DNA of 64,000 bases from contig JAVJNR010000006.1 of assembly GCA_040217195.1 (NCBI GenBank), positions 32,001 to 96,000 of the forward strand. The letters are read 5' to 3'. This DNA comes from Leptospiraceae bacterium (GTDB taxonomy: Bacteria; Spirochaetota; Leptospiria; Leptospirales; Leptonemataceae). Each line of letters opens with the position of its first letter. Position 1 is the first letter of the stretch. The notes beneath the pieces were generated by a model that was given only the letters and a program-made list of their open reading frames with translations, searched no databases and was not told the DNA's origin. A program made the translations under genes and the position numbers. Shown here one piece after another: positions 28,633 through 38,566 of this stretch.

Positions 28633-29921
28633 TGAGCTTCTCCTGCCTGCAGATTCCCTTTCCTGGCAGATCGAATATCCAGAATGACTCGATTGCTGTG
28701 CTCCACTCTGTATAGAATCCCCGGGCTAAGATCTACATAGTTTCTCCAGCCCGGCGAAATGAGTATTCGGTCCGGTTGTGTTGTATCCTGGAAGCGAAAC
28801 TGCTTTCCTTCTACAAAAACAGTCATGGAACCACCGGCATGGAACTGCGCTATTAGCATTTCCACTCCAGGTTCGGTGCGAAGCAGTGAATCCTCTTTTC
28901 GCATATGACCCAGGATGCGATGGATTGTAAGATCATTTTCCAGGTGAATGAGAGAATATAAATGACCCAGCAACCCGGAAAGCACCAGGCCAGATACGCC
29001 TCCACCCTTGGCCGTTGCGAAGATAACAAGAAATAGACTGTCGCCGACTATAAAGAATTCCTGCACTGAACTGCCGCTATCATCTTCATGGGGCTCGATC
29101 TGAAAGCCCGGAAATGAAGGGACCCGGGAGTTTTTCATCAAGCTGTGAACCTTTTCAGCGCTCTGCAGTTCCTTTTCGAATTCACCTGCATCGATGATTT
29201 TACTACTCAAAATGTGGTTTTGAATGCTAACAGCCGCTTTACCTGCAAATAGTTGCAGCGCTCGATCTGCGAATTTATTGCGCGGCGGTTCCATTAAGAA
29301 CAGGAATCCAAGTAGTCTTGTGCGAAAAATGAATGGTACAATCCAGGCAACGCGATTTTGTTGCATTATATCGCGCAGTGTTTCCGGTACTTCTTCGTCA
29401 TCGATGCTGGCTATTTTTCGAAATGCCTTGAACTCTCTTTTCAGTTCCTCTGTCTTCTGATAATAGATCGCATTTCCTTTAATGATCTTTCCGTTCTTGT
29501 AAATATGGAATCGGTAGTTTTTTCTGTCCTCAGAGAGCAGTGCGATCCTTGCAGATGAAATCCTGAGCCAAAAAAGAAGGTCTGGAATAATCTGATGGAG
29601 CAAGGAATCCACAGAAAACTGTCGAGCCAGAAAGTCCAGGTGATGGATATCTTCATCGACCAGAGTCTCCCAGTCCTGTCTTTGAAACAGGTGGCGCAGT
29701 AGCGATTCCCGGGCCGGAAATAAGATTAATACTGAAAGTACAATAAAAAGAAGGGTTACCAGGTTTTCTCTTCTGGAGTCATCCACCGGTGATTCGCCTC
29801 CGGATGGAAAAATCGCATGGAGGAGAAAGAACAGTCCGGTGATGACTACGGCCGAGGAAGCGGTAACCAGCCAGCTTTGGAGGCGATATCTGCCCGCCGG
29901 TGTATTCCAGATCTTTGACAT
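28629..29921 (-). CDS. Membrane protein with GAF-like domain and degenerate SpoIIE-like C-terminus
   Basis: Two TM helices; GAF-like VPFIFRTRLLGFL...AAVSIQN; EKELQSAEKVH linker; PP2C Asp motifs absent; ATG 29921 lies 1 bp after the argJ stop. Confidence 0.65.
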   Translation of the reverse strand: MSKIWNTPAGRYRLQSWLVTASSAVVITGLFFLLHAIFPSGGESPVDDSRRENLVTLLFIVLSVLILFPARESLLRHLFQRQDWETLVDEDIHHLDFLARQFSVDSLLHQIIPDLLFWLRISSARIALLSEDRKNYRFHIYKNGKIIKGNAIYYQKTEELKREFKAFRKIASIDDEEVPETLRDIMQQNRVAWIVPFIFRTRLLGFLFLMEPPRNKFADRALQLFAGKAAVSIQNHILSSKIIDAGEFEKELQSAEKVHSLMKNSRVPSFPGFQIEPHEDDSGSSVQEFFIVGDSLFLVIFATAKGGGVSGLVLSGLLGHLYSLIHLENDLTIHRILGHMRKEDSLLRTEPGVEMLIAQFHAGGSMTVFVEGKQFRFQDTTQPDRILISPGWRNYVDLSPGILYRVEHSNRVILDIRSARKGNLQAGEAQ

Positions 29922-29922
29922 T

Positions 29923-31227
29923 TCAGGTCGTATAGTCCGCATTCAACCGAACATAATCTGCCGTGAGATCGCTGGACCAGAATCTTTCGAACTGAGTGCC
30001 CAGATCCAGGTCCACCTTGAGTCGAATCTCCGGGCTCTGAAAATGCTCCTTTAGCTTTTCCAGGTCTGGACCCAATTCTTTACCAGCTCCCGCAAACAGT
30101 AGCTGATCCCCGGCATAGATTTTGATTTGATCTGGCTTGATTGGTTCGTCAAATACCTTTCCAATGGCCATGATGATCCGTCCCCAGTTCGGATCTGCTC
30201 CATGAATGGCCGTCTTGATTAACGGGCTGTTAATGAGGGAACGTCCAAACTTATAGGCGGATTCCTTAGTCCTGGCCCCCACAATCATAACTTCGAAGAA
30301 CCGACTGGCACCTTCTCCATCCCGTACAATTTCGCGGCTCAGGTAGATACAGGTACGCAGGACGGCCCGAATGAACTCCAGATCCTCTTCAGAAATATGG
30401 TCGGGCCAGGGGTTGGAACGTTCTATTCCATCCGCAGAGTCTCCGGTAGGGGGTAACGGGTCTCCCAGAATTGTTTCCAGGGTTTGCTCGGCCCATAAGT
30501 CCTCCAGCGCTGCAGGAAAACGAAAAGGAGGTCTGCCGGTGGCCCCATTGGCCATTAGCACCACCGTGTCACTGGTGGAAGTATCGCTATCTACGGAGAT
30601 CCGATTGAAGCTTCGGTTTACGCAGAATTTCAGCAAACGATTCAGGTCCCGGGCCTCCATATTAGCATCGGTAACCAGGTAGGAGAGCATGGTGGCCATG
30701 TTAGGTTCAATCATCCCGGCCCCTTTCGCAATACCCAGCACAGTACTTCCATTTTTGAGTGAATATCCCTTTATCTTGGGAAAAGCATCCGTAGTCATAA
30801 TAGCTTTGCTAAAGGCATCAAAATCCGCGGAATCCAGTTTCCCGGGCAGATCCTTACAGGCTGCTTCCAGGCGGTCCGCAGGTGGCATTCGGCCAATGAC
30901 GCCGGTACTTGATGGCAGAACCAGGCTCTTGTCGATATTCAGGGCTTCAGCTGTCCAGAGACACATGTCCTGGGCCAATTTTAACCCTGCCTGACCTGTG
31001 GCGACGTTAGAATTCTTGGAATTAACTACGATGGTTTGCAATCTACCATCTGCAATGTGTTCGCGCCCAACAATGACCGGGTTGCCCGGGAATTGATTTC
31101 GAGTGAATACGGCAGCAGCGGTGGCCGGACGACTACTATGGATACAGCCAAAATCCAGGGTATTATCTTTAATGCCTGCATTCCATCCGCAGGCAAGGTA
31201 ACCGGATGGCACTGGTACTTGAGACAT
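29923..31227 (-). CDS. argJ: Ornithine acetyltransferase/N-acetylglutamate synthase
   Basis: AAVFTRN, SSTGVIG, AIMTTD, KGAGMIEPNMATML, DTSTSD, DGEGA, DPNWGRI and NADYTT motifs. Confidence 0.95.
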   Translation of the reverse strand: MSQVPVPSGYLACGWNAGIKDNTLDFGCIHSSRPATAAAVFTRNQFPGNPVIVGREHIADGRLQTIVVNSKNSNVATGQAGLKLAQDMCLWTAEALNIDKSLVLPSSTGVIGRMPPADRLEAACKDLPGKLDSADFDAFSKAIMTTDAFPKIKGYSLKNGSTVLGIAKGAGMIEPNMATMLSYLVTDANMEARDLNRLLKFCVNRSFNRISVDSDTSTSDTVVLMANGATGRPPFRFPAALEDLWAEQTLETILGDPLPPTGDSADGIERSNPWPDHISEEDLEFIRAVLRTCIYLSREIVRDGEGASRFFEVMIVGARTKESAYKFGRSLINSPLIKTAIHGADPNWGRIIMAIGKVFDEPIKPDQIKIYAGDQLLFAGAGKELGPDLEKLKEHFQSPEIRLKVDLDLGTQFERFWSSDLTADYVRLNADYTT

Positions 31228-31260
31228 AAGCCAGCAGCATTCACTGCGGGCCTGTGATTG

Positions 31261-32613
31261 TCAAGCGCGAGCGCTGCTTAGATGGATCGCCAGCATGCTC
31301 AAATCATCCGTTGCACGCGAGTCTTCCCTAAAACTCTCCCAGTAATGCAGCATTTCCCGGTTTACCTGTTTTGGCTCCGGGCGGGTGCGCGATAATATGT
31401 CTTCAATGCGATGAGCTCCAAACATTTCGCCTGCCGCATCCCTCTGTTCCAGGATTCCATCTGAGCATGCAAAGAGCAAATCACCTTCTTGAACTCTGTA
31501 GTGGACAGGCTCAATGACCAGATCAGAATGCATTCCTAGAAACGGTGCCTGCTGCGAGTTCCCGATTCCGCTTTTTTCCAGGCGATGGGTACGATGATTT
31601 CGGGTAATCCAGAGCATTCCATGGCCAAAATCATAAACGGAGGCTAGTTTCTTTTTTCTGTTCAAGACCAGAGCGATTCCCGTAGCGTACATTTCTGAAG
31701 GGCTCAGTTCATAGGTGATACTGTTTAATTGGCGAAGCATCGCCTTTGGCCGGATTTTCTCCGACTCCTGAGATTCCAGTCTATGCTCCAGCATCGTATG
31801 CAGGGCCGTTCCGATGATGGATACCATGCTGCTGGCTTTCAATCCTTTGCCGCAAACATCGAATAGTAGAAATAAGGTGGAATGATCTGAAAGTTCATAT
31901 GACTGAACAAAGTCTCCTCCAGGGCCGGCCAGAGGAGCAACGTATCGGCTGGATTCCACCGAAGGCAGGTCTGAGGTCCTGGATCTAATTTTATTTCGAT
32001 TCGGATTGGCATGCACTAGACTATGCGTTTCCTGCGGACGCCATTGAAGCAGTGCATGCTGGGCTTCCAGGCAGGCTTCACTATCTCTTCGCAAGAACGA
32101 GTTCATTCCGCGAAGCACCAGATCCACCGTGGAAATTCCATAAAACTGTTCGTCCAGAGTTACTACGAAAGGGTCAAAACGGTTTTCTTCCGGACGAGCC
32201 ATCAAAGCGCTGGATGCTTCGCTCAGTGTGGCATGCGCATCCATGATCACCGGGCCGGTACGCATCATGGATTTCAATTTTACATCAGGGCGCAGCATTA
32301 GCTCTCGACTGTAATGGTTCTTACTTAGAATGGCCAGAAACTGGTTTCGCAGAGTGTAGCCGCTGATCCTGCCCTGATTGTCCTGAACGGGTAGATAGTG
32401 CAGGTTTGGATAATTTCTATAGAGCTCATAGGTTTGTACGGCCGGATCATCTTCGCAGGGAAGGTTATAGTCATAGCCGGAAAGTTCCTGCAGGCGATGT
32501 ACGGTAAGTACCTTTCGTCCCACCTCAAAGGCAGAGAAGATGGGCAATGGTCCTGAACTACCGGGATCTCTGAGCGCTTCTGTGTATTGGTCTGCGATGG
32601 CAGTACTCTGCAT
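31261..32613 (-). CDS. CBS-like domain plus PP2C/SpoIIE phosphatase
   Basis: N-terminal CBS-pair-like region (LPVQD..GRISG, PVIMDA, FDPFVVT, YGISTVDL); GGDF, FDVCGKG, SDGI and DDLS motifs. Confidence 0.8.
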   Translation of the reverse strand: MQSTAIADQYTEALRDPGSSGPLPIFSAFEVGRKVLTVHRLQELSGYDYNLPCEDDPAVQTYELYRNYPNLHYLPVQDNQGRISGYTLRNQFLAILSKNHYSRELMLRPDVKLKSMMRTGPVIMDAHATLSEASSALMARPEENRFDPFVVTLDEQFYGISTVDLVLRGMNSFLRRDSEACLEAQHALLQWRPQETHSLVHANPNRNKIRSRTSDLPSVESSRYVAPLAGPGGDFVQSYELSDHSTLFLLFDVCGKGLKASSMVSIIGTALHTMLEHRLESQESEKIRPKAMLRQLNSITYELSPSEMYATGIALVLNRKKKLASVYDFGHGMLWITRNHRTHRLEKSGIGNSQQAPFLGMHSDLVIEPVHYRVQEGDLLFACSDGILEQRDAAGEMFGAHRIEDILSRTRPEPKQVNREMLHYWESFREDSRATDDLSMLAIHLSSARA

Positions 32614-32633
32614 GCTACCAGTGAGGTTCTATT

Positions 32634-32686
32634 CTGTTACACTGTTATGACTGTTTGTGCATCTATGTTTAACACTTTGCTTACAA
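32634..32686 (-). promoter_or_regulatory. Pho-box-like array of 11-bp direct repeats
   Basis: Minus strand reads ttGTAAGcaaa-gtGTTAAacat-agATGCAcaaa-caGTCATaaca-gtGTAACag with exact 11-bp phasing, about 20-70 bp upstream of the CBS-SpoIIE gene. Confidence 0.55.
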
Positions 32687-32910
32687 TTTGCATGCAACCT
32701 GTCCTGTGTACAGGTGCTGTTCTCCTTCCGGGGGCCCCGAATTCTTTCTCCCGTCATGGTTTTTCACTCTTTGAGATCCAAAAAAACTGATTGGGCCCCA
32801 CTGTCGGGCCTGGACGTTTCCGTGGATTGATACCTGGAAGGGGAGCTGGTCCGGTTGTTTCGTTGCGGGTTTTTACTTGTAGATACCGGCCCCTGACCGC
32901 TTCTGCATCC

Positions 32911-33672
32911 ATGAGCGAAAAACCATTTAAAGGAAAAGTGGCTCTAGTCACTGGTTCTGCGCGAGGTATTGGACGATCCATTGCCGAGGATTTTGCAGAA
33001 TGGGGAGCCGACCAGGTAATCCTGGATATGAATCAAGAGGACTGCGATAAGACTGCGCAGGAAATCTCTTCACAGTTTGGTGTGAAAGCTGTAGGTGTAG
33101 CCTGCAATGTTACGAATAAGGAGCAGGTAGGCCAGGCTGCGGATAAGATCAAGGCCGAGTTCGGTGGCCTGAATTTCCTGGTAAACAATGCCGGTATCCT
33201 CAGGGACAATCTTCTGATTCGTATGAAGGAAGAAGACTGGGATATTGTTATGGATGTGAATCTCAAGGGGCCATTTCTGGTTACCCAGGGCATGCTTCGC
33301 ATGCTGATGAAAGCGGAAGGCGGTGGTCGAATCGTGAATATCAGCTCCGTTTCTGGCCTGGTGGGTCAGGCAGGTCAGGCCAACTATTCCTCAAGTAAGA
33401 GCGGATTGATTGGCTTTACGAAAGTTGTGGCTCGTGAGTACGCATCCAAAGGCTTGCTTTGTAATGCTATTTGTCCGGGCTATGTTCAAACCGATCTGAC
33501 CGGAGGGCTAACCGAGGAAGTTCAGGAAATGCTGAAAGAATCCATCCCTCTGGGGCGTGCTGGTCGCGTGGAGGACATTTCTCGTGTGGTTCGATTCCTC
33601 TGCTCCGACGACGCTTCCTTTATAACAGGAAACGTGATCCGAGTGGATGGCGGAACAGCCATAGGAATGTAA
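32911..33672 (+). CDS. fabG: 3-oxoacyl-ACP reductase
   Basis: VTGSARGIG, NNAGILRD, GQANYSSSK and PGYVQTD motifs; start moved to ATG 32911. Confidence 0.88.
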   Translation: MSEKPFKGKVALVTGSARGIGRSIAEDFAEWGADQVILDMNQEDCDKTAQEISSQFGVKAVGVACNVTNKEQVGQAADKIKAEFGGLNFLVNNAGILRDNLLIRMKEEDWDIVMDVNLKGPFLVTQGMLRMLMKAEGGGRIVNISSVSGLVGQAGQANYSSSKSGLIGFTKVVAREYASKGLLCNAICPGYVQTDLTGGLTEEVQEMLKESIPLGRAGRVEDISRVVRFLCSDDASFITGNVIRVDGGTAIGM

Positions 33673-33729
33673 TCTGTATGAAAGTTATTCACGGTCGGCC
33701 TGTATTATTGCAACGCCGGCCGTGAATAA

Positions 33730-34827
33730 ATGCAGCATAAAACGCTTGCCATATTGTATCGATCATTACAGGGTCCGGGAATGGACCGAGAACTGCTGTA
33801 TCCGGAGCGATCCCTACCATTAAAATTCGAGCCTGAAGAACCGAAAGAAAGGACTCTGACTGGCCTGTTGGATTGGATACAAAAGAATCGATTACAGTTA
33901 AATGAGCTTCTGGTGCTCCATGGTGCTCTGCTATTCAGAGGGTTTCCGGTCTGGGAACCAGAAGAATTTGAAGCTGTGGCCCGTGCCCTGGAGCCGGACC
34001 TAAAAAATGCCGCATACCATGGCACAGCCCCCAGAAATAGCCTCACCGATTACGTTCAGAGTTCTGTAGAGCTCCCCGGGTATTACCCCATTCCCCAGCA
34101 CATAGAGATGAGCTATCTGAAGAACAAGGCCAATCGGTTGTTCTTCTGGTCCATGCTCCCGGCCCGGAGTGGTGGGGAGACTCCAGTCACAGACTTCCGC
34201 CAGGTGTACAGGGATCTTCCTGCTGAAGTGGTTGAAGCTTTCGAAACTCGTAACGTTAAGATTATTAGGAACTACAGTGGACCCGGGGAAAAGAGCCGGT
34301 TTGATTTACTTCAATTTAAAGGCTGGGATGAGATTTTTCATACAACCGAGAGGGAAGAAGTGGAGCGTCAATGTGCGCTTAGCGGCACTACGCCAGTCTG
34401 GAAAAAAGAGAATTCGCTATGTTTGATCAACAATCAATCCGCCGTGCGATCCCATCCTGATACCGGCGAACCGGTCTGGCATAACCATTCCCAGGCCTTT
34501 CATATCTCTACCGCTGTAGCTGAATACCGAAGATTAATCAAGTATACAAAGAAGCCGGCTCTTTTCTTTTTTATGCTTCTTGCAGGTGTCATGAACCGGC
34601 TACAAACACTTCGAAAACCCAGAGAAGACCTGGCATTACATTGCCAGTTTGAAGACGGAGGCGAAATTCCAGATTCCTACATGGAAGCTGTGAGGGATGC
34701 AATCTGGAAGAATACCGTAATCTTTCCCTGGCAGAAGGGCGATGTGCTGGCAATCGATAATCATTCCACGGCTCATGGACGAATGCCGTTTCGCGGACCG
34801 CGAAAGACTGCTCTGTGCTACGCATAA
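33730..34827 (+). CDS. TauD/TfdA-family Fe(II)/2-oxoglutarate dioxygenase (SyrP-like)
   Basis: HGALLFRGF, PQHIEMSY (HxE), GGETP and WQKGDVLAIDN...HGRMPF motifs; alternative start at 33781. Confidence 0.85.
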   Translation: MQHKTLAILYRSLQGPGMDRELLYPERSLPLKFEPEEPKERTLTGLLDWIQKNRLQLNELLVLHGALLFRGFPVWEPEEFEAVARALEPDLKNAAYHGTAPRNSLTDYVQSSVELPGYYPIPQHIEMSYLKNKANRLFFWSMLPARSGGETPVTDFRQVYRDLPAEVVEAFETRNVKIIRNYSGPGEKSRFDLLQFKGWDEIFHTTEREEVERQCALSGTTPVWKKENSLCLINNQSAVRSHPDTGEPVWHNHSQAFHISTAVAEYRRLIKYTKKPALFFFMLLAGVMNRLQTLRKPREDLALHCQFEDGGEIPDSYMEAVRDAIWKNTVIFPWQKGDVLAIDNHSTAHGRMPFRGPRKTALCYA

Positions 34828-34829
34828 AT

Positions 34830-35768
34830 ATGTCAAACCTACAGGACGTACAACTCAACCTTAATATCGAAGCATTGCTTCTGTTAAACCTGATACTTGC
34901 GATTATCATGTTTGGCGTAGCTCTGGACCTGCGATTCCGGGACTTCAAGATAGTATTCCATCTCCCCAGGGCTCCGTTGATCGGTCTGGTGGCCCAATTT
35001 CTGTTGCTGCCGGCTTTTACCTATCTGTTGGTTCAGATATTAGATCCTGAGCCCGGCATGGCTCTTGGAATGATCCTGGTCGCAACCTGTCCGGGGGGGA
35101 ATGTTTCTAACGTAATGACGCATCTGGCTCGTGGAAACACCGCTCTATCTGTTAGTATGACTGCTATTTCTTCGGCTGCTGCGGTAATTCTTACTCCGAT
35201 TAATTTTGCCTTCTGGGGTTCTCTGGATCCTGCACATGCGGCTTTGCTTCAGGAGCTGGATGTCAATCCGTTGCAGATCTTTTTTAGCGTGGTTCTGGTG
35301 CTCGGTGTTCCGCTTTTAATCGGTATGACCGTGGCGGCTCGATATCCGAAATTCGCCGCTCGCGCTCGAAACCACATTCGATATCTATCATACTTCTTCT
35401 TTCTTGGATTTATTGCTGTAGCGTTCGGTATGAATGGGGACTACTTTGTTGAATTCATTGGACTTATCTTCCTGGGTGTGTTTCTGCATAATGCAATGGG
35501 CTTCGCACTGGGGTATGGGTCGGCCCGCCTTCTTGGCATCCAGAAACGTGATGCCCGGGCCATCAGCCTGGAAACGGGAATACAGAATGCAGGTCTGGCT
35601 CTGGCGCTGGTTCTGACCTACTTTTCTGAGCAGGGAGGCATGGCGATTATTGCTGGCTGGTACGGAATCTGGGAATTAATTGCCGGGCTCATTCTTGCTG
35701 CCATTTGGGCAAGAAGGGCTCCCGCAACAGAGGATTCCGATTTGCTCAATAAGTCCCAGGGCAAATGA
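34830..35768 (+). CDS. Bile acid:sodium symporter (BASS) family transporter
   Basis: IMFGVAL, CPGGNVSN, GNTALSV and ETGIQNAGL motifs. Confidence 0.9.
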   Translation: MSNLQDVQLNLNIEALLLLNLILAIIMFGVALDLRFRDFKIVFHLPRAPLIGLVAQFLLLPAFTYLLVQILDPEPGMALGMILVATCPGGNVSNVMTHLARGNTALSVSMTAISSAAAVILTPINFAFWGSLDPAHAALLQELDVNPLQIFFSVVLVLGVPLLIGMTVAARYPKFAARARNHIRYLSYFFFLGFIAVAFGMNGDYFVEFIGLIFLGVFLHNAMGFALGYGSARLLGIQKRDARAISLETGIQNAGLALALVLTYFSEQGGMAIIAGWYGIWELIAGLILAAIWARRAPATEDSDLLNKSQGK

Positions 35769-35841
35769 GGAAACCTCGGGTCAGAGCAGGGCAAGCATGT
35801 CCAGCTACGATAGATTCTCCTGCGTGTTCAGGCTGAATCGA

Positions 35842-36189
35842 TTAAATAGCCTCTTCGCCTCGTTCACCGGTGCGAATTCGAATGCACTGTTCCATGGGAA
35901 TTATGAAGATCTTTCCATCCCCAATCTTTCCTCCCCCGGCGGTGCGGGCCGATTCAATCAGTGCCTCCACTGCATTTTCGGCCAGATCATCCGGTACAGC
36001 AATTTCAAGACGCAGCTTTTTTACTAGATGGATGAATACTTCGCGACCGCGAAATACCTCTCTATATCCCTTTTGCTGACCGTACCCCTGTGCATCGGAA
36101 ACCGTCAGTCTATAGATTTCATGCCGGTTCAATGCATCTCGCACTTCTTCCAGACGATGCGGCTGTATTATCGCTATGATTAGTTTCAT
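35842..36189 (-). CDS. P-II nitrogen regulatory protein (GlnB/GlnK family)
   Basis: MKLIIAIIQP, GYGQQKG, GKIGDGKIF and IRIRTGE motifs; GAGGGGG RBS. Confidence 0.93.
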   Translation of the reverse strand: MKLIIAIIQPHRLEEVRDALNRHEIYRLTVSDAQGYGQQKGYREVFRGREVFIHLVKKLRLEIAVPDDLAENAVEALIESARTAGGGKIGDGKIFIIPMEQCIRIRTGERGEEAI

Positions 36190-36383
36190 AGACCCCCTCG
36201 CTTAGTTTCACTTACTTCCTTCTGCCGCAGGCGGTATTCTGATTCGATGGCCTTCGATAGATCCACAGACGATTCCGCTCTTTTTTATTTTATATAGTTC
36301 TAATTCCGGACAGCTACCTCGCAGCTACTATTCATCCAATAAACCAGATTCAAATCCACAGAAATGCAATCAGGATTTCTCGA

Positions 36384-37460
36384 TCAATCCGAGACCTGAA
36401 GTCCCATGGCTCGCAATTCCCGTTTAATCACTGCCAGACCGATACTGGGATCCAGCTTCTTGATCTGTTCGGCCTGGCCCTGCCTTACGTTCTCCTGGAT
36501 CTCTTCGGATTCAAGTACAAAAGAAAGTGTTTCAGCAATGGCCGGGTAATCTCTTCCATTAATCAAGATGCCTCCCGAGCCCAGGGTTTCCGGTACAGCG
36601 GCTGCAGCTCTTGCAACAACCGGAATCTCCATATGCATGCATTCAGCCAGAGGAACACAAAAGCCTTCATGATCGCTCATGGAGAAAAACAATTGAGCTG
36701 CCTCATAGCAAGCCATCACTTCCTGGTCTGACACCATACCGGTAAACACTACATCCCGATTCAAATTCAGTTCTGTAATAAGGTTACGTATCTCTGCCGT
36801 GTAGGCACGAACCCCGGGATGAAAGGATCCCACACATATGAGCTTCGCATCTGGCTGAATCTTTTTTAGAAAATAGAAGGACTTGATCAAGTCCTGATGC
36901 ATTTTATTTGGAAAGATTCTACCGACGAATACTATGTTCGTATTCCCAGGCTGCAGATAGGGCAATGCCGATTTTTCATGCTGCTTCCGGGGCCGTGGAA
37001 AGAATACAGGCTTTACTGCAATGTTTTCATAACCCAGCTTTCGCAGTTCCCCTGCATTGTAATTGGATACAGTTATGACTCTGGAAAAATGGGGCTTTAG
37101 ATCTCTCAGTGTTTCTCTGGCCTGGTCCAGGGCATCTGCCAGTCTTCGATTATAGGGCCTTACATATTTGCCAGGGGTTATATTATGGAATACCATGAGC
37201 TTCTGCCCTGTCAGACGAGGAAGCCGGTCCAGCATGCGAGTGAAGAAAGAATAATGGTAGATTAGTATTGAATCTGCTGCCGGCCGGTAATTGCTGAAGT
37301 GGCGGACCCTGGAGGCATCCTTCTCCGCAAAGTTTTCGCTAAAGATATCCGATTGGTATCCCTGCTTTCGCAGAAAGTCCTGAATGATCAATGCTTCATT
37401 GGATATCGCATCACCGGCAGCAAAACCGGCGCAGAATTGGTCAACGGAGAAGCGAGGCAT
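36384..37460 (-). CDS. GT4 glycosyltransferase
   Basis: GDAISN, HNITP, FVGRI.PNK and SDHEGFCVPLAECM motifs. Confidence 0.85.
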   Translation of the reverse strand: MPRFSVDQFCAGFAAGDAISNEALIIQDFLRKQGYQSDIFSENFAEKDASRVRHFSNYRPAADSILIYHYSFFTRMLDRLPRLTGQKLMVFHNITPGKYVRPYNRRLADALDQARETLRDLKPHFSRVITVSNYNAGELRKLGYENIAVKPVFFPRPRKQHEKSALPYLQPGNTNIVFVGRIFPNKMHQDLIKSFYFLKKIQPDAKLICVGSFHPGVRAYTAEIRNLITELNLNRDVVFTGMVSDQEVMACYEAAQLFFSMSDHEGFCVPLAECMHMEIPVVARAAAAVPETLGSGGILINGRDYPAIAETLSFVLESEEIQENVRQGQAEQIKKLDPSIGLAVIKRELRAMGLQVSD

Positions 37461-37470
37461 GGGGATAGGG

Positions 37471-37881
37471 TCAGGGAAATTCCTGGGCTGTGCGAATGCT
37501 TTTGCAATCAGGGTTGGACTTCAGAGCATCCAGTCTGGCGGTGCAATCTTCCGAGGCCTCCAGAGTATCGCTGCATCTGGTATATCGATCGAGAATGGTG
37601 CCTTCATCCATTAGTTCCTGCAGACCTGCAATCTTCTGATATTGCCCGGAAAGACATAGATCTCGGTCCATTCGTTGCAAGAACAGATCCCTTTTCTGAG
37701 GCTGATCCTTCATTTTCTGGGCCATATCTTCTTTCAGGCATTCAACTATAGCGTTGCAGAATCGATCTGCAGTTGCCTGATACCTGGCTTCGATAGATGG
37801 ATCAGGTTTTTCCACGCACCCGGCCAGGAACATGATGCAACCTGCCAGGAGTAATGATGTGCCACGAATCACTGGGTTCAT
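37471..37881 (-). CDS. Small Cys-rich lipoprotein
   Basis: Start at ATG 37881 (MNPVIRG) gives the lipobox FLAGC; six further Cys. Confidence 0.7.
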   Translation of the reverse strand: MNPVIRGTSLLLAGCIMFLAGCVEKPDPSIEARYQATADRFCNAIVECLKEDMAQKMKDQPQKRDLFLQRMDRDLCLSGQYQKIAGLQELMDEGTILDRYTRCSDTLEASEDCTARLDALKSNPDCKSIRTAQEFP

Positions 37882-37995
37882 ATATCCGTTGCAGGTTCGC
37901 TGAGCCAGCACTTGAGGCAAGTAGATAATATTTGAACCACAGCGCTGATCAGGGACCTGAATTGACTTCAACAATGCTGCCGGGAAACTGTCCCT

Positions 37996-38445
37996 GTGCA
38001 GGATATCTATGTCCCTCCAGGCGGTCCACCCCAGGGTGCACCGCCACCTCGAGAAATCTTCAGCATCCTTGGCGAGTCTGGCATCCGCTCTTTGCTTCGA
38101 GCCCATTATCGAAATCTGGCCAGGTCCCCGATTCACTTTCTGTTCCCCTCGGAAGAGGATGCACTGATGGCTGCGGCCGATAAATCAGCGGACTTTTTTA
38201 TACAGCTGATGGGTGGGCCGCCACTGTTTGTGCAAAAACATGGCCCTCCCAGAATGCGTGCCAGGCACATGCCCTTTGAGGTTACGGAATCCGGCCGGCA
38301 GGAATGGCTTAAATGCTTTCAGGAGGCTCTGGAGGAAGAGTCCTTTCCGGCGGAGCATCGGCAGGCATTTGATGCATTCCTGGATTCCTTTTCTGCCTGG
38401 ATGGTGAATTCCCGGGGCTCTGATCTGGGAGAGGGGTACCGATAG
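37996..38445 (+). CDS. Group II truncated hemoglobin
   Basis: FFIQLMGGPPLF..KHGPPRMRARHMPF, W..CF and WMVN motifs. Confidence 0.85.
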   Translation: MQDIYVPPGGPPQGAPPPREIFSILGESGIRSLLRAHYRNLARSPIHFLFPSEEDALMAAADKSADFFIQLMGGPPLFVQKHGPPRMRARHMPFEVTESGRQEWLKCFQEALEEESFPAEHRQAFDAFLDSFSAWMVNSRGSDLGEGYR

Positions 38446-38566
38446 GCTGCATTAGAGCTTCCTATCGGTTCGGGTTGCTCCGGTCATCCGAATGTCCTAC
38501 CTTTCAGGTCGCATCCAAAGCGCCGTATTTCCTTGACCTACCATAGCCCTTCGGAAGCATTCCTGC

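Noticed and set aside
37882..38136. Long N-terminal extension of the 37471-38136 ORF
   Set aside because: It overlaps the truncated hemoglobin gene on the opposite strand; ATG 37881 gives a proper lipoprotein signal.
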